Origin: Phoronis australis
Lineage: Eukaryota; Animalia; Phoronida
Direction of reading: 5' to 3'
Length of the DNA stretch: 64,000 nt
Assembly (NCBI GenBank): GCA_002633005.1
Contig: NMRA01000366.1
Location: 60,222-124,221 of the forward strand
Made by a program: the position numbers and the translations under genes
Notes under the pieces: model-generated
Databases searched by the model: none
Told to the model about the DNA's origin: nothing
The model's input: the letters and a program-made list of their open reading frames with translations, nothing else
Shown: in pieces, positions 41,201 through 53,200 of the stretch
Layout: every line of letters begins with the position of its first letter
Numbering within the stretch: the first letter of the stretch is position 1

Positions 41201-44200
41201 GTCATTGACTGCGGTATGTATGAGTGACTGTGAATCAAACTTTAGACCTGAAGCAGTGTGGCCAGAATCTAATATCTTTATTCGAAATCAAACTCAAATT
41301 GTTAGCATTTTCCGTATTAGTAGTTTGGCTGGGACTCAAGATATGTGTCTATTATTCTGTGCTCGAGTGAAATGGTTTTAGTGGATGACTGTGTACGGTT
41401 TACTATTTTGCACGTGATGACCACAGCATTAAAGCCATAACATCGAGCTTGAACTCGGAATTTTGAGTTTTTACTCAAAATCTCAAGTTTTTACAAGAGT
41501 TCGTAGCTTGAATCTATTGGTCATCAAGTGAAAAATTGAGTTTCACAGTGGTTTTCGTAATCCGTTACTTAAAGCACAGAACAATAGGTGTTATCTTAAG
41601 TTCTCGCTAAGGAGGTCAGTAAATTGCAGACGTATTGTATAGTTTGATTTTAAGTAAAAAGATTAGATCCCACGCTTGATGTCGTATTTCTGCCAAATGG
41701 TTTAGGTTAGACACATGTGACTGAATACGCTTTGCTGGACTGATGTCACTGTTATTCAGACAAGAGTTTGCAAACGAGCTATTATGCTCTGAAAGTCAGA
41801 GTTTTTTCTTTTAGTTGGAAATCGTTTGCAATATTGATATGCAGTGTTTGATTATTTCAGAAGTTTTGGTGATGCCAAAATTATGAGAATGCTTCTTTAA
41901 TGTCCCAAATAGTGCTGATTGGGTCAAGCTGAGGTCGTGAACTTTAACCTCAAATGAGTCATGTTAGCGACTGAAAGTCTACGCGGACCTGTTGAAGCAG
42001 TGAAGGAATTCTATTCAGTCCGTGGTTAAATATTTTGTGATTGAAACGCATATTCACTGTTGGTGAACCAAAACAACTCATTTCAGTGGGAAACATGAAC
42101 CATAAGTCGGGCTTCAAAAATGGTGCAGCATGGGAATGTAGTGAAAAATGGATCTCTGATAAAAATCACTACACGTTTTAATACCTTATTGGTCAAGCTC
42201 TAGTGTTGTGAAATGAAGAGACCATTCATAAATGTTTACCAAATGCTTCCACCATATGGCAGCTGCTATGTAAAACTTGTCTTTAATAATCTCACGCAGG
42301 GTAGCTTTTTGCGTTCTGGTTGGTGTTCAGTTTACATTTAATGATAGTTTCGTCATTTGACACTTGAGTAGTAAGACTGTCAGTCACATGCAGAGTAATG
42401 AGTCTCTCCAGGGTATTGATCTGGAATCTCGAACTGGCTTCTTAGTTTATATACAGGGGCATCTTCAGTAACGCTAGTTGCGAGTAAATGCTAGTATGAC
42501 CATATAGTCCACTTGCAGTTCGTGGGAATATCTTTCAAACACTTGCACCATGGTCTTACAAAATTCACAAAATATTTACTGTTGTAGCCTATCCCTCATC
42601 GTCTCCGTGACAACGTGATCGTATCTTTAAGAAATTGGGTTTACCAATTTTCTCGTCACTGTATCCTTTTTCGTAAGCTGTATTTTTTTCTCATACCTCT
42701 CATGCCAAAGTTAACAATTCTGAAAAAAAACAAGATAGATGTAGACAAAGATACTTGAGGCCCTCTCAGTACACCTAGCTGTAAAAACAGTTCAGCCAAG
42801 TTTTAAATGCGTACTCTCCAAAGTGGCTGGAAACCAATGTTTGGTAAACACTGAGCATGCATAGTGTGTAACTGATGCCCCAACTAAATGCCAACTTGTA
42901 GAGCCAGGTTTCAAGCAATAATGAATTTCTATTTTTTCAAAGCCCCGAAACTGTAACTTGTTTAAGAAACAATATTCGAGGCCAAAATGGTAAGTTGTGT
43001 AATTGTTTTTCATGATGCCAATGCAAGTTTATAGTCATTTCAAGTAAGCGTTAATTCTTGGAAGTTTAAGACCAATACGTAGCTATAAGTCTGTCTTGTT
43101 GGTCGCTTATACTGTATAATTATGTGTATGGTATATCATCATTGAAATTCATTTTTCTTGCCCTGTTGGTCCTTAATTTCTAGCTGCTGTATGTGTTTCA
43201 TTGCTTAAAAGTCTTGCTGCGAAACCGTTTGAGCATTTTCCTGTGAGCTTTAGTAGTAGCTGTTTCTATAGAGTGTTGTATGATATATGGCCATTGCAGA
43301 AGTTGAACGTAGCCAAAATAGAACAAGGTGAATCTAGCACACTGCGCATTATACGTTAAACGCAATTCCTTCTCCAGTTAAAGAATGAATCGAAGATATA
43401 GTAAAAAGGGTGTCCTGTCCAAAATGGGAGACTCTTTATTGACTAGGTGGTGGTAGTAAACAAATCGTTCTCTTTTTAAATTTCTGAATTAAGAACCTAG
43501 TTCACCTTTTAGCAAAGAGGCATTCATGGTATAAGGGACCTGCATGACTACTTGAATGATCTGTTGGGATCATTTATGCTGTAGCACCACCTGGCGAATT
43601 TCGTGTACCTTATATTATCCTTGATCTCTGAGTTTTCTGTTTTTTTGATTCTTTACGACTTTTCTGTAAGGAGTACCAGATTGTGGTAAAACTGTTCACT
43701 CGTGCCTTTAGTGGTTACTGTCGTGCTGAGATTTGTACCAGCTTATGGTAATTGGTGGTTATTTCAGATTGTGATTGAAATGGCGTCGGCCCGGCTTAAC
43801 AGCGAACCCTACTGGTACACACTGCGTAGCCATGACGACAAGACGGCTCCCCTGCCAACTTCCTCGCCAGTTATCTCTCAGAGGAACGACCTAAACCGTC
43901 GCTACCTTTCATCGGGTCGCAAAGGTCAACGATTCAGCGACAGTGACGTATCGGAATACGATGAGTTTGGTGGTAAGAGACGCCATTGTAAGTGTCACCC
44001 TTCCCTTTTTTGTTTCGTTCCGAGTTCCGCTGCTAAAGGATACTAAACGCTGCTTGAGCCCTGAAACACCGGGTACCAGATAATTTATTCGGATTATTGA
44101 AGACCAATAGATTCTTAGTAGCACTTGTCAACCATCAAAAGTCTGGACAAATTAAAAACTTCTTAAACACTAACTTAACTATATCAGCAGGCATAACTAA

Positions 44201-47200
44201 TGCTTTGTGCGAGAAAATCAGTGGTTGAGATGCCTGTTTGATTTTGTGATTCCGAGAATTAATTTTTTTCGGTTGAATAATGCTTTAATTTTTGGGAGTT
44301 ACTTATTATGAAATAACAGTGTTTAATATCCTTTTAAAGTGCCACGCTGTGTGCCTGACTAGATTTGGAGTTATTCTAAAGTTTCATGATCATAAAGATA
44401 CTTGTCATGTTTGTGTGATATACATGAGAATGAAATCGTCTTACCAAAAAAAAAGTTTCGTCACCTTTTTGACTTTTTGTTGTCAATCGGCTAAATTGAG
44501 CAAAAGTCTACCTGAAACATTTCTTATCACAGGATTTGAGAGTTAAAAACTCAGTTGGATACCCAGAATATGTTGTTACACTTGTCAGAAAACTCAAGCC
44601 TAAGATCTTAAGTTTGTGTTTGAGATTTTGTTTATGAGTAACTGCTCAGGGTTACATGGCCTGAACTGGGTTCTTAAGTTTAGATTTTTGCTCAAAAAGC
44701 TTGAGTGATCATCCCCAGCTGTGTGTCCCAAAATCGTGGTTCATGTTCAGTACCTTAAGAGTTTGTTGTGCAGTTTTGGAGTTGAATTATCTTCAAGAAG
44801 TCGTACATGACGAATTGTTTTTCGTGTTTGAATAACTGTTGTTGACTTTCGTTATTCAGGTAACAATTGAGATTGAGCCTTAGTGAATATTATGGTAAAA
44901 AGTCTTTAATTTTGGGACAAAAATTATCTATTTTGTCACTTTCACTGTTCAAGGTTCGCTACATTGTTGCAAATTTTCAAAAATTTTTTTTTGTTTGGTG
45001 ACATGTACAAAGCAATTAGTAAACAACAAACTGTTAAACGCAGACTTACTTTTGTGTAGAAACTTGACCAAATGTAATGCTGCTTGTCAATTTATGTAAC
45101 TATGTTTATTTCAAGTATTCAAAACTTTAGGGCAGTTCCTATTTTACAGTCTGAGGCACATTTGCTTACATTTCTTTTTGCATTCAATTTGACAAACTCT
45201 TGCAAAATACATAAAAAATAAAACTGAAACCACCTTTGTCAGGATTTTTCATTTGACTGATACTTTTATTTTCTCTAAACTTTCAATATACTCATACTTA
45301 TCACATCCCCACATTTCATAGCTTTGTCCTAAACTGAAGAATTTTGCTTTACTGATTGCAACCTTATGGACTTTTGTAATGATTACTGAGGACAGAAAGG
45401 CAAATATCGGAATTAAGTAACTATTAAAAACGACTAATTGCCAACAAGTCTGGTCAAATTACCTTTATGTAAATTAAATGCATTTAGTTGTAAATAGACC
45501 TAGAATATTTTTGTGTGGTATTTATGACATTGTTATGTGTGTCCTCTGTAATTTCTGTGTTGTATTGTCAGCTGTGGTTTGTTAAAGGGGAAGGTTACCT
45601 TTTATGAAGGCGTTTTTGTCAATCTAGTATGTTTTGCTTATCCTATCGAAGGTATTTTGAACTTTTAATCAAATATCTATAAAATGAAATTATTGAAAAT
45701 TACAATCATCGTTGTAAGTGAGAAACTGTTGCCGTGTGAGCAAGGTGCACGATGCGAAGTCAACGGTGTGTGTCTGTTGGGCTGAATCACTGTTGCATTA
45801 GTTTTACCACCAGTAACCAGCATCATTGCTCAAGTCAAATTGCAAGTTGTTATGTACCAGCTTGGATTGAAATGAGCACTGAGTGACCAGGGCGTAAAAG
45901 CTACAGAGCACAGCTTGCTTGGTTTCGCAGACATTTCTTAGTTCAATTTCTACATCACATTTCTGTTTTTAGGAATTGTAAAAATCAACAAAAATGTTCA
46001 AAATTCTTTCAACAATAAGTGAAATATGTCAAATTGTCCGAAAAGTCATTAAAAAATAACTATTCCTCGATAATCGATTCCTTCCTCGTGTCTGTTGATG
46101 TTGTGGTTCAGAAATGGTTTTTAACTCTGGCAAGTTTTTGTTGCCTTTTTTGATATTGTCAAATTGTGTTGATTGCTTTTAAACAGTCGAGGTCTTCCCG
46201 TTCTGGAGAGTGCTCTTTGCTGTGTGTAAATTATGAAGTGTATTGAGTTAATTTCGAAGTAATAGATGTTTGTGGTCTCTGGTTTGCCAATATCATGCAA
46301 TTCCATTTGCTGATTATAAACTGAATTTTCGAGTGACAGTACTATGAATGATTTTAATACGATCTCTTTCTCACGTGTCTTCGGTCAGTATTTGTTGCTA
46401 TGTCAGCTCGCATTTTACGTTAAGGCATGCTTGCAGGGCCGGGAATGTTGGGTCAGGGGAACGGGACCAGTTTAAGCTCGTTAGGTAGCTCGGTCAGTCC
46501 TCCACCTTACCCCTACGATGACACATCACGTATGGGTGATCCCAGGCGGTCTCACATGAATGAGCTTCCGTCAGACAGACCGGGTACGTACAGTTGGTGT
46601 ATCCCATCACCCTCCACCCCACGTACTCACCCCTCACTCACCCACTCTTGCCCTGTTGTAGTGTAGCACAGAAATCATCGCTTGAAGATAAATGATTTGA
46701 ATGACTAATAACTATGGAAGTTGTCAACATTGTAGTCCTTTAGATTTTAAGTTATCATAATGATTGCATCTGTGGTTGGACTATTTGACCATGGGAAATA
46801 AGGTAATGATTATGTAATAGTGATATATGAGAAAAGGAACAGCATTTCACATATACTTGTCAATTCCCAAAAAGTCGTGACGACTTTGGAACCTTTATTA
46901 TTTTATTTCAGTTTTTATTGTGAAGTTGTAACTGTTGTGCGTTTTCATAATTTGTGTGAGTTTCACGTCCAACCGATATTCATTTGATGCTTTTTAACAA
47001 TTTTTATAATATCCTTTTCCGGAAGAAATCCGCTAGAATTTTAATGAATTTATTCGAATAACGTAACAGACCAGTTTTGAACCACTTTAAATTTTTCCTC
47101 CTACCGTGTGGCTTGGTTGCTCCTCAGGGGTTCTTGAACACAAGCGCTTAAACTTGAGCAGTGTCCTCGATACCCTATTAACTGTCCATTATAGCAGGAA

Positions 47201-50200
47201 TGCTACATTTTTGTTGAAAGTTTTTTACGTAATCTCTTTCCGTCTAACGTCAAGATTCCACCTTTTTATGTGCACAAGCATGGATTTTCGGGTTGACTTC
47301 ATTTCTTCTGTGTGCCTATTTTTATCCTGTGTTCCCGACTTGGAACCTATAAAAGGTGGCTCGTGTTTAAAATATTGGTTTGTCTTCTCACAGGCGAGGA
47401 TGAGTATTATGAAAGAACTCCATCATTCATCGCAGGTAGATTAACAACCTGCATGACTTTGTACTGGCATTGTTGTTCCGTCGAATACAGGATTAAATTA
47501 CCCAATGTTAGCTATGCTGAAGTGATACCTAGTCGTCTAGATGTGCTTCCCCATGCAGTGTACGGCAAAATCTCACCATGTTAGGACGCGATATGATGGA
47601 CAAAAGAAACTTTATTTTGTTCTATCATTTTTCAGTCCTATAATATACCTACCATCTGACATTGTAGGTGTGTTGGGAATTCCTGACAAAGTTAAAAACA
47701 GCTTATTTAAAATGACTTGTCCATACTAAAATAAAATAGACAAGGAATTGGGTTTCAAGCCACAAAAGTGGGGCCCCTTTATTAATGCGGATGGCCCACT
47801 CTTCGGCTGCCTTCGGATGGGGTTCACTATATTAATATAGGTGCCCGACTTTCTTGCCTATCTCATTTTAATAAGAATAAGTCATTTTAAATAATAAGCT
47901 GTTTAAAGCCTTTGAAAAATAAAACAAAAATCAGTTTTTGTAATATTTCTTTTATCAGAAATTGGTGTGATTTTATCGTAGTCACTTTAGGAGAGCACCA
48001 GGTCTGCTGTTGGTAGAATTCCCAGTAGTGCCATCCTTTGGCTTCATGTTTCAAGTCATGTTGTTTTCTCCATGTCGCTTGGAAGTCGAAATTTAAGCTT
48101 GTCGCACACTTCGTAACATGATGCATAGTTTGCAGTGATTTATGACTTGACTCAACAAAAATCCTTCAATACTACACATCAGTCTGTAATTTGAATGACG
48201 TTGCTCAGTTCAGTTAAATTTCACTAAGTTAGGATGCACTATCATGGACAATTGAATTTTTCAAATTTTTGTAATAAATCTTTCTAAATGAGTTCTTTTA
48301 TTATTACTGCTGTACTACAGCTATCACCAGACAATGTTTTGGGACATTGTTGGAAGAATTTGAAAAACGAAAAAAGGTCAATTGCACATCTGAAATTGCA
48401 CAAAAACTCCTTGCATGTTGTAATCTTAGTTGAGTCACATTGTGCAGTATGTAGTGTTCAGTCATTAGTCTGGAAGTCATGACAATCCAGATGAGTTTTG
48501 TCGACGTGCAATGTGCGGCAGGCTTAAGTTGCAGCCTGTCCTATCATAAGATGTGTTGTGCGTTTCGCATGAACACCATCCTTCGTAGCTACCGCGACTC
48601 TGCTCTAGCCAAGAAATGTCCCGAATCATTACTGAATACAATAATTTGATTTGCTCCAACGACCATTACTCTTTGAATTCGTGGATCTATGGACACTGGG
48701 CAATGGCCACTTAAGGGGTCCTGCATTTTGAGAACTAGCTTAACACCTGTTATCCAGTGGAGAAAACGGGTTCTCAAAATACCCGACCCGTGCAACTGGC
48801 TATTACTGGCAAATGTTCAAGAAGAGGTAGTCTGTTTATTCTCTGATATCGGTGTTGTTTCTGTGTGTTATAAAGCTCAGGTAACCGTTGTTTTATAAGA
48901 GGTTGCTAAGTAACAACTTTTTTGAGATAACCTTGAAGGATTATCTGTTGTCAGACATTATGGGTTTGGGAAATTTGCTGAAGGAACAAAATGACACAGT
49001 GAAAATAAGAATTCTGACCATGCCATGTTACCCTTAGGCTTCAAGATTCTGAATTCGTGGGTTGCGGGGTCTTTGTATAATCATGAATTATAAGTCACAG
49101 ATCATGCTTTCTCTAGTCTGTAGGAAAAGACTGACAACTCCTTCATTGTGAACCAGTATGAAACCCGCATGCACATGCCACGTAATTTGCTGGTATCATT
49201 AATATTGTGGTATTTTCCTACCTATAGTTACTGCCATGATATGATTTGTTATCTGGTGCGTTGGTAACCGGGTATCGCTTCCCTAGTGAGCGTGGTCAAG
49301 CCCTCAAGCTGCCCGCTCCCCCACCACCTCCCTCTAACCTTTACCACCAGTTACCAGTAGTAAAAACTCATTTGTCATTTGCAGCTCTAAAGTTTGTGAA
49401 TTTTGGTTTCCAACTGTTGTTGTTTGAGTTAGAATGGCATTAAGTGACACCTGACAAGCTCTTATAATTATGATGTACCTGAGGTCAAGTGGTCATATGT
49501 TGGTGACAGCTGTTTGGAAGGCGTTATCTAAAATTGAAGGTTACAGTTCGTTGTGCATTGACTTTTGCCATTGTAGTTATAATATCCAGAGTTATGCCCA
49601 TGTGTGACTTTACACCCTCCTCTCAATCTTCAACACCCAGTGGCATAGTCACGCGGGGGGGTGGAGGTGGTGCTTGAAAGGTAGGGCTGCCAACACACTT
49701 GACTTACGAGCTGAATCTGACATGTGAAGAACAGTTCATCATCATGCCCACATTAGAAATCAAAATGACACTGACAGTAAATCTCCTTTGATATCATAAT
49801 GACAAGAGGCAAAAAAGGATTAGCACCATAGCTGTGTACAGGTGTGATGCCAGTGCCTTATAGATGCGCTGCAGTGTGGATTAATACCTGCAGTGAATCA
49901 GAGGTGGCACTGTGGTATTTTGGGAGGTGGCTCAGCAACTTTCAGTTCCTTAAAGCTTTGGACAGATTTTTGTTGTTTTAGATTTCTTGCCCTACCAATA
50001 TTACCAATCATATACCAATGTTACCAACAATATACCAATATTACCAATGATATACCAATATTATCAACAATGTACCAATGTTACCAATGATATACAAATG
50101 TTACCAACAATATACCAATATTACCAATATTATACCCAGTAATACTTTGACAGCATAAGAAAACAGGCTTTAATCTCTCATAAGTTTGCAAAATGATAAC

Positions 50201-53200
50201 TGAAGTAGGCTTTTCCCACCATATTTTGCTGTCATGCGAACTAAGTCGTATTGAAGAGGGTTCTGAACAAAACACCATGAAAAGGCTCTCACAGTGATGT
50301 AGATCAAGTCAACAAGCCTAACCATTCATTACATTTCATACTTTATGACATTCGCGTGGTCAGAGTGATGCTCTAAACATATACCAGCAACCAATTTCAC
50401 TTGTATTACCGTTCAAGGTATACGTGTAAAGTGTCCTTCAAATGTAATTTTTGCTCCCAAAATACAACGTAATGTGATTATACACTTGGTACATTGTATT
50501 CATTCATTTGGTCAATTGTATGTGAAACAAGCCCCTGTGCATTAATCTGAATTGGGCTTATGTGCACCATGGATTTTTAAAAATTTCATTTGAAGGACTG
50601 TTCTCTGCTAAAAGTCCCACGCAGTGCTACTTAGCTCAAGCTGAAGTCGCAAGGTCAAATAAACTCACGTTTGCTGTAGTTAATCTAAAACCATTCATCT
50701 ATGGCTTTATTGCTAAATTGGAATACTAACTTCTGCATTAAAAACGAAACAAAGGCTTCCTATTCAATGTCAAAACATGGACCAAAAGGTGTCGCTGCAT
50801 GGGGCCTCGTTCCACACGGTTTCGAAATTAGACCAAGTCGAAATAGGGAACCTCAAACTGGAGTAAATCAAGTTGGCAGGCACTCAATATGGCCGCCAAC
50901 TGAAATTCTATTTTGCCCAATTTCTCCATAAAAATAGAAATTGAGGAAATGTTTGTATTGTGTAGATGTCATAAAACAACATTCCATCACTTGTAGCATG
51001 GCAACCAGTCTTGGAAAATTGGAAAAAGACATTTTTGGCAGTTCTTTTTGTGCAAAATAAATGTAGAATCACCGTAGATAGAGACGGACCAAAACCATGG
51101 GTTTTACTGCCAATTCTTGAATGAAAACTGTGGTTTTCATAAATATCACTGCTTGTGGCTTTAACATCCACTCGGTGTGTTTTAGTTTCTCAATTCAAAC
51201 GCCTGATGTGCGCATTAACCTGAATATGTAGCAATTGGTACTCAGGGTCCCGAATTCTGCTGTGGATTAAAATGCTATGCATTCTGTAACAGCCTGGTTA
51301 CAGTTTCTTTACCCATGGTCTGTTTTGTGAAAAGTGACAAAGGGTTCTTTTCACAATTAATAATTTTGGGTGTGTGAAATGAGAGTGTGCTACCTTTATA
51401 GCTTGGTATTTATATGAGACTGATAGGCATGCGCATGTAAACAATGAACTTTGTTATGAAAGTTGTGGTTGGTTGTTCCTCGAATTTATCCTTGAGCTAT
51501 CCACTAATACAGGAAACTATATCATAGTTGAGGGTATCCAGGTGAAGAAAAACGGCAAAAGGAGCTATCTGTAGAGGAATTCTACCAGGCATNCAATCCA
51601 CTTCACAATGAAACAGTCATGCACTGATTGCATGTTTTCTATCTGTGGTTTCTACTATGCTGATATTTGTCCCTAATGCCATACCTGTATTAAATATTAA
51701 CTTTCTAGTGATATGTTATCATTCTCCTATTGGTCATTTCAGCTGGCCACAACGACATTGATGCCCACAGAGGGGATTACAGACAAGATGGTCATCTTGA
51801 TGTGCCCGTTCAGCAACGCACGAGGTCATCTGGACACGACGACTCCCGAAATGACCCCAGAAATGATCCCAGAAATGACCCTAGGAATGACCCCCGAAAT
51901 GACCCCAGACATGAACCCCGACATGACCCTCGCAGTAGGTCAAGGTCACCAGGTCGTCAGGTTAACTCGCCTGAGAGGTCAATGTCCCCTCCTGAAATTC
52001 GGTATGCAATTCAGTCGCAAACGTTTTCCAATGAGCAATGGGGCCAAGGCCCCAGAGTTTAGCAGTGCCAGTTACTGGCTGTTTACTTACTGGCTGTGTG
52101 AGGACTATCTGTTAGATAGTCTAATAAGGTAGCTTAGGCATGGCCTGCTAACTTGAGATGTACACGATTTGTAGCGACTGTGCCCACTATGACTCCGTTG
52201 ATTTATAGAGAAGAATTTCTGCTTGTTACCTGAGAGTTGCATCATGTTGTAGTCATTCCCTGTTCCCATAGGGGTCAGGAGTGGTCCTACTATGAAGTGC
52301 ACAGTGCCCTGCTATTTCAAGTGTTAGTTGTGCTATGATGTTGAGATGACTCGTGATTTGCTTTGAAAGCAGTCAGAAAAGTATTCAGAAGAAATGATGC
52401 ATCATGATGGCCGAATAGCAGGATAATTAGTTTGAGCCTTTTTTCATGACCAAGAATGAAGCAGATTTAAGAGGAAATTTAGCCATTCTGTAATTATAAT
52501 TTTGTCGCCATCATGGTCAATGCCTGTAATTTTTGCTGTCTTGATGGGGAAACGGTCTTTTCCACGATTACTTTAAATTTGTTGCCATGATTATCCAATA
52601 TTTCTGACTTCCAATGTAGTCGAATGTTCATTGATGTTTACTTTCTATATTTGCTTTTCTTAAATTTAAAGCAATTTCCACATTTTGTCCCAGAATGAAA
52701 ATTATATTCTAAGTGTCCATCAAAGTTTTCATAAAAGTAAAATGAAAAAAGTACATTTGACTGTTTTTACTCCAATGAATGCTGTCACCATGGATTCAAG
52801 CCTTTACACTACATGTAAAATGCAAAGTAACCGTATTGCGGTAATTTTTATTGTGAAAAATTGCAAAATGTCTGAATCGCATGTCTGGGCCACCTTCCAG
52901 GGCTGATGTTCACAGTTCAGCTGTGCGTGTTCCGGGTCATCGCATTGGCGACAGTCCACACAACTCGCCATCTCCCAAAAGACGCCAATTACCCCAGGTG
53001 CCTGTCTCTGCTCAGCAGGCCAATCGGGACAGAGGTAGGTCAAAGTGTACGTGACCAGGGTCATGACCTTGCCTGGATACTTTTGACAGGTATCAGCGGT
53101 CTATATATATACATTTTTGTTCGTTTTTAAGCAAAATGTTCCACTAGCTTTTGGATGGAGGTGGGCATTACATATTGAATGGATTGTGGAGAAGTTGACT

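Noticed and set aside
49246-49443. Proline-rich ORF (LPAPPPPPS) as an extra RIM exon
   Set aside because: The nearby acceptor gives this peptide in phase 2, while the intron is phase 1. The phase-1 reading hits a stop and there is no good donor.
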